A stretch of 64,000 nt of DNA from Octopus sinensis. Its lineage: Eukaryota. Of the stretch, positions 13,550-26,389 are shown piece after piece. The stretch's first letter is position 1; the number at the start of each line of letters is the position of its first letter. The position numbers were made by a program, and so were the translations under genes. Where the stretch lies: assembly GCF_006345805.1 (NCBI RefSeq), contig NC_043012.1, forward strand, positions 35,836,001-35,900,000. The letters run 5' to 3'. The notes under the pieces are model-generated. The model was not told the DNA's origin and ran no database searches. It worked only from the letters and a program-made list of their open reading frames with translations.

Positions 13550-13905
13550 ATCACCATCATCATCATCATCATTTAATGTCTGTTTTCCATGCTAGCACGG
13601 GTTGGACGGCTCGACTGGGGTCTAGGAAGCCAGGGGCCACACCAGGCTCCAATCTGATCTGGCAAAGTTTCTACAGCTGGATGCCCTTCCTAATGCCAAC
13701 CACTCCGCGAGTGTAGTGGGTGCTTTTTACGTGCCACCTGCACAGGTGCCAGGGGCGTCCGGCATCGGCCACGATCGCTTGGTGCTTTTAACGTGCCACC
13801 GGCACGGAAGCCAGCCAAGGCGGTGCTGGCATTGGCCATGTTCGGATGGTGCTTTTTATGTGCCACTGGCACTGGAGCCAGTCGAAGCAGCGCTGGCATC
13901 GATTA
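13550..13905 (-). mobile_element. Family A repeat, long copy
   Basis: Same sequence family as 8489-8830 and 18670-19022. Confidence 0.85.
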
Positions 13906-14532
13906 AAACATAAAAAATTTTATAAAATACAAACTATATATTAAAGAAAAAACATCATAATAAAGCAAAGCATAATGTAAAAATAAGATCATGAGGACCA
14001 GCCAGGGTAAACCTCTCCCACGTAGTTGGGAACTCTGCTAGCTAGGTTGGGCCGAAGCCCTCCATGAAACTGCTGTCCCAATATACATGGCGATGCATTT
14101 GAGCATTTTGATTACCAGATTGGCCAAGAAACTTGGAAAAAGCTTGCTAATGCAAATGTAGTCAATCAAAAACTCTGCATACCTGATATCAGTAAGTTTC
14201 AGGGGTCATTAGGAGAGAATGCAAACCATTTGGGGGCCTTCTTCTCAAATGCATTACAGTGCACTGGCTCCTGCCTCACTGATATAAGGCCCCCACCTGC
14301 TTTTTTGACTGACTAGACTCTTTACAAAATTCTACAGAAGTGGTTCATTCATAGACTGCTTGTGTAGTTTCACAGAAGTTCATAAACTATTTGTGTTGCA
14401 TTTTACAGTACTTCATACCCTGCCTGTGTGGTTTTTCACTTGTGGACTATCATTGGGATGTTCTGTAAAATTTGAACCACCCTCCTTCATGACCAACACA
14501 TTACAGAATTCTTCTTCCTTCAGTTTGTTTAA

Positions 14533-14725
14533 CCCTTCAGCATAAAGATTACTCTACCAAATGCAATGCTTATTTGTTCACTCTGTTGGGTGGTCGGTGT
14601 TAGGAAGGGCATCCAGCTGTAAACATCCTGCCAAAACAGACACAGAAGTCTGGTGCAGGTTTCTGCCTGGCTGGCTCCTGTCAAGCTGTCCAACCCATAC
14701 CAGCATGGAGGGCAGATGTTAAACA

Positions 14726-14794
<69 letters not shown>

Positions 14795-14970
14795 GCAATG
14801 TTGTTTTGAATAATCATGCACTATTTTGTAGATCTCATAAATTTCGATGATTTGATTGTTTATTTTAGAAGGACATTCGAGGGAAGGTGAGAGAAGCCAG
14901 ATCTGTCTAGTTTGAACATGAAATGGGCAGAATATTTTGGCTGGATGTAGCCTGTTTAAACTCTAAGGGG
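14533..14970. mobile_element. TTAA-flanked piggyBac-type MITE interrupted by a family A-like insert (~14582-14800)
   Basis: ttaa|cccttcagc ... ctctaagggg|ttaa; the two halves match the related copy at ~20097-20280. Confidence 0.7.
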
Positions 14971-16049
14971 TTAAGTTTGCAAGTTTTTGTTTCTTTTTTA
15001 AGGGAGATTATTTTCTGCTTTTCCTGCCCTTCCTGATCTCTTCAGCCATGTGCCACCCTTGCTTGCTCAGAATCTCCTCTTTATATTATCACAAAACAAT
15101 GAGGTAGTGTTGTTCGTGTTTATGTTTGAGAGAAAGAATCCTCAGCCTTTTTGGTTTCTCCTGGAACTGAAGAAAAATGCAAAATTCTTTGACATTTCCA
15201 GTTCTGGGTCCAGTGGTACACAAAGAATGAAAACCTTCATGGTATTTTTTTTTTTACTTTTCATTTCTCCCAAGTCAGACACATTTGAGTATATTATCCT
15301 TGGTGCACAATACAACAGGATGGTCATGGTTGAAATCCCTTTGATTAAAGGCCTTCTCAACCTGAAGTGACCTGGGGCTAAGCAAAAATGACAGCCACAA
15401 CACCAAAAATGCATATTTGATTCATTAATACATATGTTAATTAGTTCTACAGACAAACTTGGCATTCTAAAATTCGGTTAATCTGATGTGTCTTCTTCAC
15501 GTCTTTGTATCTTTATACATACACACACACACACACACACAAACGCGCGCACACACACACACACACACACACGCACACACACACATATTTCACTGAATAT
15601 TTACTGCTGTTTCTCTCTATTTAGCTTGTAAAATAATGAAACCGACTGACCCCGTCTTCCCATCTCTGCCCCCCCCCATCCCATCCCCATCTGCCTCATC
15701 CACCCCACCCCCCCAATTTCTCCCCCACTTTCTTTCCCCGTTTTTGTTTCTCTTTCATTTCTGTTAGTTAATACCATGCAACATTAGTATCACCATGCTA
15801 CTTTTTCTATTTTATCTTCACCGAAATAATCTATTGTTAATCTTCTTAAATCCAATTGTCAACTATTGAATAAGCTCTGCCATAGCTGCAGTGTAAATCT
15901 ACTTTACTGGATTTAACAAGCTTCTCTAGATGTGGATTAAACGTTGTACAACAGAAATCTACTTAGTTTGTGGTCAGTCGGTATACCAGCTGTTTGGGAT
16001 TAACTGTTAACAACTGTTTGTTGCTATTATTACTTATATTTCAGCTCAG

Positions 16050-16850
16050 CTGTACTCAATGGGTACTCCATTGTACTCTTACTGTATTCAACAGCATTTA
16101 ATATACTCTACTTTCACACAGTGTCACTGTACGCCGCTGTACTTTACTGTGCAATGTCATATTGGTACTCTACTCTTGTGCATGTCACTGTATTATAACT
16201 TTGTTGAACAATATACCCTGTTTCTGTACTCTGCAGTTAATGTATCTACTACACTACACTCTTACCATACAGTCTGTACTCTATTCTTACTGTACTCTAC
16301 TGTGTAATATACCGTCTCACAGTATCATATATTCTTATTGTACTATACTGTACATTATTGTAGCTTACTCCAATGTACTCTACAGTAATTCTTCTTCTTC
16401 AAGCAACTGCAGTGCATCACAAAATGCTTCACCAGTAGTCTCTCTGTTCCCCAACGCCATTATCTTTGGTAAATCCTCAATTCCATGTTCTGTCTTTGCC
16501 AATGTAACTGAAAGCTCTTTGTCCTCTAAAAAGGTATCAAAGCCTCCAAAGTATAACATCTGATATGACCCCTAATACTGTTACTCTGTTCTGTTCTATT
16601 GTTATATTCTGCCCAGTGGCACATTGATGTAAACTACTTTGTTACGGTATTGTTACCATGTTTTTAATGTACTCTGCTGTACTCTAGTATTTTACATAAA
16701 TGTATTGTGTTGTTATTAGCAAGTTCTACTATGCAATTGTTTGTGGCATTGTACAATACTGTTTTATACTGTTCTCTATTCTATACAGTACTCTACTCTA
16801 TTGTTAATGTACTTTTCCCCCTGCATTGTACTCTAATTTGTTGGTATAAT
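16050..16850. repeat. Degenerate TACTC/TACTG-rich low-complexity satellite with a complex island at 16385-16572
   Basis: Recurrent tactct/tactgt/ctgtac motifs on both sides of the island. Confidence 0.6.
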
Positions 16851-17009
16851 GGTCATGAGATGTGAATGGATGATATATGCTCAGTTCAAGTAGTTCTTTG
16901 TTGCAATATTGTTGTGTTTAAGTGGGTAGATGAGACCTCACTAGTTAAAGGGTAGCTAGGGTAGATGTTTGGTTGACCAATCAGCTGATTTATGAAACTT
17001 CACTCACCA

Positions 17010-17260
17010 AAACGTGGAGGTGCGTGGCTTAGTGGTGAGAGTGTTGGACTCATGATTGTAAGATTGCGGTTTCGATTCCTGGAGCAGGTGACGTTGTTTC
17101 CTTGACCAAAACACTTCATTTCACATTGCTGCAGTCCACTCAGCTGGCAAAAGGGAGCAACCTTGCAATGGACTGGTGCCCCATCCAGGTGGAGAATATA
17201 TACGCCATGGAAGCCAGGAAACCAGCCCTTATGAGCATACATGACTTGGGAAGGAACTTC
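17010..17260 (+). mobile_element. Family B tRNA-derived SINE
   Basis: A-box tggcttagtgg, B-box ggtttcgattcc, core cttgaccaaaacacttcatttcacattgctgcagtccactcagctggc. Confidence 0.8.
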
Positions 17261-17507
17261 ACTTCACCCACCAATATGGTACCACTGAAACACCAAGTTA
17301 CACACCCTTCTATCCTCCTCACCAACCGGGACCCACAAAATTGTGTTCCTCTCATTGTTGCTATCATTACAGTTGACATGAGCCAACATTAAGTGCTTTA
17401 AGTGGTTACTTGATCTATCAAAAACAGCAACCAAATAACCTTCAAATCATATGGTGTCATCTTAAAGTAAAGGGAAGATAATGTGATCTTAGATCATCAT
17501 CTATTAA

Positions 17508-17673
17508 CCATGGCTCCCAGGACAATATGGGGGTCCTCAAGCATCCTTTCAGTGGCCCTTGGTGACCTACGCTAATTGACTTGTGTTTTCCTTTTTTTTT
17601 TTCGGTGCAGTCCCCACTAAAAAAATCCAGGTTTTGGATCTGACCTGGATATTAAAAAGGTTGAGAACCACTG
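17508..17673. mobile_element. Degenerate hAT (Charlie-like) MITE
   Basis: Right end ggttgagaaccactg is the reverse complement of CAGTGGTTCTCAACC; left end ccatggctccca is degenerate; no clear 8-bp TSD. Confidence 0.4.
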
Positions 17674-18669
17674 TCCTAGATACAGTACATCAAAGAAAAT
17701 AAGACAGGATGGTCATGGCTGAAATGTCTTTTGTTGATCATAGGTCTGCTTGATCATCATTAACTTGAGATAATAACAACAACAACAACACTAGACCACA
17801 AGGAATTTTGATCTATGCTCCAGTAATTCTGACCATCTTTAACCTCAAGTTAGAGCAAAAATGTTCTTGGAGACATGGTGAGATGAGAAGTGGAAATGTT
17901 GTTGGTTGGGCCTCATAGATGACCGGGAATTGAGATGAAGGCAGTTAGGGGAAGATAAACAAGGATTTGTAGATCTAACCAACCCCTGTCATCTTGTAAA
18001 AAACTTTGTTGTTGTTGGTGGTGGTGGAAGTGGCAATGACAACAACAATGATGATGATATTGATGATGTTCATAATGATGATGGCAATGGCTGGAGTTGT
18101 TGTGGTGGTGATGATGATCATAGTGGCAGTAATGATTCTGGTAGTTATAATGGTGGGGATGGTGGTGGTGAAAATGATGATGGAAATCATAATGATGATG
18201 ATGATGATATTAATGCTGGTGGCAGCGGCGGTGGTGGTGGTGGTGGTGGTGGTGGAAGTGATGATGATTTTTTTTTCTTTTTTTTTGTCAAGCATTATAT
18301 TTCCCGTGCTTTGTTTTGTCAGCTGTACATTGGCTGCTACAACATCACACAGTGTGGCTATATCCAAGCAGCTATAGCATTGTTGAAATACAATTATATA
18401 ACACAAACAGGGCCACTGAAATAACACTCATTGTCTACACTGTCTAACACCCCCTCACCCACACACACACACACACACGTGCAGGAGTACGTATATACAT
18501 CATTATGATGAAGATGATGATGATCATCACCATCATCCTTTAATGTCTTTTTATCATGCTGTCATGGGTTGGATTACTATCATGGGTTGTATATATATAC
18601 ATATAAACATGTATGAGTATGTGTGTGTGTATATATATATATATATATAAATCGATCAATGGAAATTTC

Positions 18670-19022
18670 AGATGTGTTACCAGTGCCGGTGGCATGTAAG
18701 AGAACCTTCCGTTTCGCGACCGTTGCCAGCACCGCCCCGTTTCGTGTCCATTGCCAGCCTCGCCTGGCCCTCATGCCGGTGGCACATAAAAAGCACCATC
18801 CGTTCGTGGCCGTTTGCCAGCTCTGTCTGGCACCTGTGCTGGTGGCACGTAAAAAGCACCCACTACACTCTCGGAGTGGTTGGCGTTAGGAAGGGCATCC
18901 AGCCGTAGAAACACTGCCAGATTTGACTGGGCCTGATGCAGCCTTCTGGCTTCACAGACCCCAGTAGAACCGTCCAACCCATGCTAGCATGGAAAACGGA
19001 CGCTAAACGATGATGATGATGA
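18670..19022 (+). mobile_element. Family A repeat, long CpG-rich (young-looking) copy
   Basis: Three gtgccggtggcac-type subrepeats, then cccactacactctcggagtggttggcgttagg...(GAT)n. Confidence 0.85.
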
Positions 19023-19419
19023 TATATGTGTGTGTATAAGTAGCAATGATGTACAATGAATTGACACCTGTACATCTTTGTTACTCATTTATATTTTATT
19101 CACCTAACCTGGAATCTGTACTTTGGAAATACTGTAGAAAGTACCTTTATAAAAAGTACAGGTCTGAATTACAAGAGAGCGGATACCTTCACTTTGCTTG
19201 GTTGCATTGTCTGCACACATGGCAGGAATATCAGGTACAAACACCCCTGCATGGAGTCTTGATATTCAGTCTTCAAATAATATTGTTGGGGTGTGTGGAT
19301 TATACCGACCTTGCAAGGTGCCTCAATTTAAGTACCGAATTCATCTGAATCTTATATATATATATATATATATAAGGATGAGACCTTGCTTTTCGCTATC
19401 ATTGTCATAACATTTTGTA

Positions 19420-19605
19420 AGGCAGCGAGCTGGCAGAATCATTAGCATACCAGGAAATACTTAGTGGTATTTCGCCTGTCGCTACATTCTGAGTTCAAGT
19501 TCTGAGGTGAACTTTGCCTTTCATCCTTTTGGGGTTGATAAATTAAGCACCAGTTGAGTACTGGAGTCGATGTAATCGACTTAACCCCTCGCCCCAAATT
19601 TTGTA
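19420..19605 (+). mobile_element. Family D SINE
   Basis: ggcagcgagctggcagaatcattagc...gcctttcatccttttgggg. Confidence 0.8.
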
Positions 19606-20335
19606 TCAATTTGTGTAGCATATCTTCTTCCTTCTCTGATAGTTTAGTGGTATAGTGTGCTTTGTTTCTTCTCTTTTCAGCAGAAATAATTTTTACAGTT
19701 TAATATAAAGTATAAAGCGAATGTTTGTATCCATTTAGCTCTTAATTTCCTATAAGACCCAATACAATAACTAGATTGCATTGGTCAGCAAGTCCTGAAA
19801 TGCAGGATATCACAAAAATCATATTAACCTTGTTTACATTCATTTTGAAGGAAGTGAAGAATTCCTTGATGAAAGGAAATAAAATCCCAAACACTTTCTT
19901 AATTGTTTATTTCTATTTTGTTATGGAATCACAGGGACTTTTATCAAAGAAAATCTTCAACAAGTTAAAGCATAGTATTTTATTTGCGACAAAGGATCAT
20001 TAGAGAATATACTACAGAATTCCATAGTGCATATAATGGAAGCCATGGATGTTGTAACGTTGACCTGTGTTTTACTGTCTTTCCTTTAGCCACATCCCTT
20101 TCACATTCAGATTACTTCGTTGATTTCTTTGTTTAGTTCTTCACTTTGTTTTAAATTAATCATGTATTATCTCATAGCTTTGAGATTTCGATGATGCAGT
20201 TGTTAATGTTTAGAATAACATTTGCAGGAAAGGTGTGAGAGGCTGGATCTGGGTGGTTTGAGCATAAAAGAGGGAGAATTTTAGAAAATTACTATTTTTA
20301 AATCTCACAACAAGAGATATTCAGCAACAGTACTT

Positions 20336-20608
20336 TGGAGTAAAGCGCTTTTTGCCAACGTAACATGGCAGTCCTGGTTTAGGATGAATGTTACTATAAT
20401 TTAGCTGATGAAGAGAAATAACTTGGAAACTGTGATACACAGATAATGTTGAGCTGAGTGGGGATGCTAGATTTCCTTGTTTGAAAATATAAGGACACAG
20501 ATCATGTCGTATAGCCAGCTGGAGACAATGTCTCCTGGGGCTAAATTACAGCAACATTCATCCTAAACCAGGACTGCCATGTTATGTTGGCAAACAATCT
20601 TTACTCCA
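20336..20608. mobile_element. MITE-like element with ~70-bp terminal inverted repeats
   Basis: 20336-20405 (tggagtaaag...ccaacgtaacatggcagtcctggtttaggatgaatgtt...aatttagc) is the near reverse complement of 20540-20608. Confidence 0.75.
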
Positions 20609-22230
20609 GGGAGAATTTTGTATTGTCAGATATAGCTGGTTTGAATGCTGAAGGATTATACAGCATCTTGATCTTGTTGGAGAATATAGACATCTTTGTT
20701 TATCGTAGTCTCCAACATACTCTTAATGTTGTTTGCATAACTGTGAATATATTCAAATGTATATACTTGTCACCATCTGGCTTTGGTCTTTCAGGAAATC
20801 AGATACCTGGGCTGACAGTTTCTATCAAAGCAGGAATTGTATCAAATGTTGTTTAAAAGAATCTGTTTGTCTAAACAGTTTTTAACACTTTTCCATAATC
20901 TTCTCTGTGTAGAACTTTTGAAAGTTAGCAAGTGACACAGATGCATAATCATCTGCATCTCACAACCAACTTTATGAATGTGTATTATGTTGACAATATT
21001 CAACATTTCTGATTATTATCTGCTCTCTAAAGTGTTCTGATCGAGTATTTTCAGAACATTGACAGGATTGACTTTCACAAGTCTTTTCTCAAGAAGAGCT
21101 ATAATACCTTCTGGTCCTTCAGCTGCATTCGTATCAAGAACACGTATTGATTTGGTTAGAATCCATTCTGTTAATGTCACAAGAACATGAGAATATGCAA
21201 AACAATTTGTTTTTTATGGTGGAACTCAAAGTAGATAAAGCTTTGAATAATAGCTAAAAATTTGGGGTTTAAAAGCCCCTTTGGTAAAACCCAGATGTTA
21301 TCTTTTATCTTTTCTTTGCTTCAGTCATTAGACTGGGGCCATGCTGGGGCACATCAAACAGTTTTACAGAAGATGTGGATTAAAGTCTCACAAGCAACCT
21401 TCAACTTCTGCTGTCCATAGAGGTTTTTTTAATCCAATATTCTACACGCTATTAATTATTTCTTTCAACTTCCACGTTTAAAAACAAATTATTATGCTAA
21501 AATTATTTGCCTCAAACTATGATGAGAAGTTGCCATGTCATAGTATAATATATATATATATATATATATATCCACTTGGCTGTTCAATTTGTTGCTGTTT
21601 GCCTGGCTGAGAAGAAGACACACTCATGTTGCAGTTTGAGTAGATGACAAAGACAAATCTGGCTAAGGGTCAGCCATATTCAAGAAATCATGACCCTGAA
21701 GCAGACTAAATTTTCATTTGAAGATTAGAGACTCACATGCTAAGTGGAAGAACGCCTTGATTGTTCTTCTTCATAGAAGCGTATCAGTGCAGCATCAATG
21801 AGTTTTATATTAATATTCTTCATTCCAGTTTGGTTCTTGTGTAAACAGAACCAAACTGGAGTCTTTAGAAATGTTCGAATATATTTCCTTGTGATGATTC
21901 GTCTGTTCCTAGGATGTGTATTTTTATATTATTCCAATGTGTGAGAGGAGCATCATGTGACTTTAAAATGTTTCAATATTTCTTTGTAAAGAAATTTTAG
22001 TTTTGTTCTCCTGAATTATTTCTCCCAAAATATCAGACCAATCTACCAATTCACTGCAGACGGAACTTTGTTGATTGGCACCCAATTAGTTCTGAGGAGG
22101 TCTGTACATGAGATTAGGAACGTACATACATACATGCCAGTATGCATGCATACATACGTACGTACATATGTATGTACATACATACATACATACACACACA
22201 CACATACATACATACATACATACATACATA

Positions 22231-22747
22231 ATGGCTGCCCCCTCATTATCGAGTATGGCCATTGCACGAAGCTTAATCAATGTTGTTATCGTGCAATGCC
22301 TGTGCAAGAAGATTATTTTTAAAGTGAGGAAAGGCTGTGCACTGAGTCAATCCCACTCACTAAGCAACAGCAGCCATGATCCGAGAAGAAGAACAAGTCA
22401 ATATCATCGGTACCACTGAGCCGCAGGTTTTATGTCGGAGTTATCCCAGTTATCTGAGTTACCTTCTCCTTGAAAGATGCCCTAACAAAGGCTAGGAGTC
22501 CTTCACTCCCAATGGTTTACCCACGTGATCAGGTATTCAGTCCGATTATTTCTATGTCCCTGCGCATGATACAGCCTTAAGGCACTTATTGGATGGCCGT
22601 TGACTCTCAAGAGTTCCTCCGCCCTTTGACGGGTTTTGTTTTTGATCCCGCAGGGTGTCCAATAAACACCCTACTCACCAAGCAAGCTTGGTGGGGTTGC
22701 CGGTTGTACTGGGTTACATGTTACCAGTAGCACTCGAAAGTGACCTG
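22231..22747 (+). mobile_element. Interspersed element embedded in (CATA)n; diverged inverted relative at 23075-23325
   Basis: Flanked by (CATA)n on both sides; atggctgc...cgagtat.gccat.gc...atgcctgtgca.ga.gatt...agtgagga is shared with the reverse complement of 23075-23325. Confidence 0.65.
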
Positions 22748-24732
22748 ACATACATACATACATACATACATACATACATGTATATGTATATGTCATCATT
22801 TATCATCATCATTTAACATCCATTTTCCATGCTGACATGGGCCGGATGGTTTGACAGGACCTAGCAAAGCTGGGAGTCACACCAGGTTTCATAATCTGTT
22901 TTCAGTCCTTCCTGATGTCAACCACTTCACAGAGTGGACTGGGTGATTTTTACCAGTGTTTTTTGTGGCCCCTGCGTAAGTGCTTTTTACAGGGCACCAG
23001 AACCAATGATTTTTGCATGACATATATATTTGCAGGTATGTATGTGTGTATGTAAGTTGTCAAGGAGAGGAAGACTCTGAGAGAAAACCTGTGACATATT
23101 CGATAATGTAGATGAGTTGTACTTTTTGAGTTTATGTTGTCCATGTTTAGAGAGTGGGATTGGATTTGTGCAAATCCTGTCCTCACTATAAAAAAAATCA
23201 TCATGCACAGGCATCGCTTGGGAAAAAAAAGTAAGACCTATCACAAGAATGGCTGGTCATAGCCTTCGCATGCTTGAGACTTTTGATCAGGCGATGGCAA
23301 TACTCGAACACGAGTTTGCAGCCATCATATATATACATGGAGGCGCAATGGCCCAGTGGTTAGGGCAGCAGACTCATGATTGAAGGCTAAAACAATGCGA
23401 AGCGCATTGTGACCAGCGATGTGTAGAAACATCTTATAGCCTGGTCGGTCACGTGATCATGTGATATATATATATGCACACACATACACACCACACACAC
23501 ACACACATTTACACCCATATATACACACATACATATATAGTTTATACACACCTCCTGCTCCTCTACATTAGCCTCTCACTCCATTACATATCTCCTCCAC
23601 TGCAGTATACTCCAACCTATGTAATACACACTCCCCATTTCCCTACACAATTCAAATCTCCATACACTCCCTCCATCAGTACATATTCCTCAATAGCAAT
23701 ATATACTCTCCCCCTGGTATCTGTATAATGTTCACAGAAATATGTGCACTACCAATCAATATATCAATATATTTGAACATCACTGTATAATATATACTCT
23801 CCACAATGATATATATACACATCAATATATATTCCTTGATAGCAGTATAAGCTTTCTTTGTGCTTTATATGTAATGTTCATAGCTATGTGCACACTTCAC
23901 ATTTATATATCAATATATCTAAACATTGTTAAATAATATATATTATCCACTTAGATATACATATAACTTTGTGTGTGTGTGTGTATACATATATATATAA
24001 TATATATATGTATATGTAAATATATATATATAAATAAATATGTGTGCATGTAAAGAAATAACTAAATATATGCTAGCATGGAAGGCGGATGTTAAACGTT
24101 GAAATGTTGTATGATATATGATATGTAATATATATATATATTATATATATATATAATATATATATATATACATATATAGGCTTTTCCTATACGAAAGCAT
24201 AAAAGTGCATACTATACTATTCTACAAGTGTGTAGAGTGTGTTATTAATATCCTCATAGGATATACATAATTTTTTCAATTTTTTTAAGTATGTATGCAT
24301 ACATATACATACATACATATTGTATGTATGTATGTATGTATGTATGTATGTATGTATGTATGTATGTATGTATGTATGTATGTATGTATGTATGTATGTA
24401 TGTATACATATATTATGTATGTATCATACATACATACATACATACATACATACATACATACACACATACATATACATATATAAATTATGAGCTGGAGGTT
24501 ATGCAACCATCTAAGGGGTAAATGTATCTGTAGGCACCAGTGGTGTATTCCCTCATTATGTCTAGGCCTTGCTATAAGGTTAACAGTAGTTGGTAATTTT
24601 AATGGTAAACCATGGTTTAATATATTCAGATAAGAAAACGATTAGAAGTTGATCATTGGTATTAAATGATACATACATGAAATTAAACTATGACCATTTA
24701 ATACTAATGATCCACATTTCTTTTCTTATCTG

Positions 24733-24770
<38 letters not shown>

Positions 24771-24994
24771 CATCATTTAACGTCCATATATAGGAAAATT
24801 TGTTTTGGGGTTTGAAAATCTTCCTGAATCTAAAAACGTAATCATTTTAAAATTTTGTAATAAATTTATTGAAATATCAAACGACTACATTTTTTAAAAT
24901 TCAGGAGCATTTTCAAACCTCAAAACAAAATTGCCTATATTCTTTCCTGCATGGGAATTCATCTCTTCTCTCCATGTTCACATATATGGATATG

Positions 24995-25043
<49 letters not shown>

Positions 25044-25151
25044 ATGTGTGTGTCTATATATATATGTGTGTGTGTATATATATTTGTATACATATTCATG
25101 TATATTCATACATATATATCTATATCTATCTATCTATCTATCTACACGTGT

Positions 25152-25193
<42 letters not shown>

Positions 25194-25854
25194 TGTATAT
25201 ATGCACATATATGTATATGAGCACATACATATATATATATGTAGGTGTGCGTGTAAATTATATATATATATATATATAACATATACATCTATACATACAT
25301 ATATACATATATATATTAAAGACCAGATATCCTCTCACAATCCATTTGCAGCATTCCAAAATTTCAATCAATTGATTTTATTGGAGTTATCTCCCTTGTT
25401 GCTTGCATTTAGAATTCCAACTTCCCTTGTGGGAGGTTTCGTGTAATGATTGCATGGATAATTTGTTTGAAAAATCTTTTTAAAATCACTGTATTAGATA
25501 TGTGGGACCCTACCCTATACTTATAATAATATGTTTATAGGAAAACATTTGTGTGTGTGTGTGTGTGTGTGTGTAATACACTTCTTTGGCTGCACAAGTA
25601 CAGTTAGTATTGCTTCAATAGTCAAACAGTGTCTGCTGTCATCTGAGAGGTAGTGCAACTAATGTCAGCGATATGCAGCTAGCGCTGCACTAGCAACACC
25701 ACCCACTGCTTCCGTTAACTGCTACATCCCTCCTCCTCCTCCTCCTATTCCACCTCCCACCACCACCACCATCACCTGCTTCATCTGCTGCTGTTGCCGC
25801 CACCACCGTCTTCAGCATCCTCTCTCTTTCTCTCTCTCTTTCTCTCTCTCTCTT

Positions 25855-25887
<33 letters not shown>

Positions 25888-26389
25888 AGTATTATCTCGG
25901 TCAGCACAATATTGCAAGATTTTTACACACGCACGCATGCATGCACACACAACTCTATAGTGTTGTGTGTTGCTGGTGTTGTTGTTGCATTGGTAGTGTT
26001 ACAGTACCATTACAGTGGTATGGCAGTGTTGCAGTAGATGTTATAGTAGTAGTGGTTATGGTTGCCATAATATTTAATTGCTGTAGTGATGAACATGGTT
26101 TGGGTGATAGTATTTGTGGTTGTAGTTTTATCTGCAGTTTAACCCCAAGTCATCCTTGATGGAGCAAACCTACAGTCAAAAGCGGTCCAGCCATGACCAT
26201 CCACCTTTTTTGTGTTTTTTATTGTTTCTTCCTTTTTTTTTTTTCATATGTAGGGCAATGCCCTTTCTTTTGTTAAAACAATTGTGTAGGATTTAAAGGA
26301 AATTTGACTGCTATTTCTAGCAGATTTCTAGCATGACCAAGCAGAAGTGTTTTCTCTGGCTCACTGGTCTGTGTGTGGCAGCAATGGTG

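Noticed and set aside
14023-14340. Selenoprotein-like exon (TGA-NCCPNIHGDAFEHFDYQIGQETWKKL...|gtaagt)
   Set aside because: No acceptor, no recognisable fold and no SECIS evident; more simply a decayed or random frame.
14385-14570. Minus-strand exon SNLYAEGLNKLKEEEFCNVLV...
   Set aside because: The upstream half and its acceptor come from the TTAA MITE starting at 14533.
15046-15240. Plus exon after a strong acceptor at 15045 (HVPPLLAQNLLF...)
   Set aside because: Donors are weak, composition is not diagnostic, and no family is recognised.
23140-23235. Plus exon RVGLDLCKSCPHYKK...|gtaaga
   Set aside because: It lies inside the inverted repeat copy 23075-23325.
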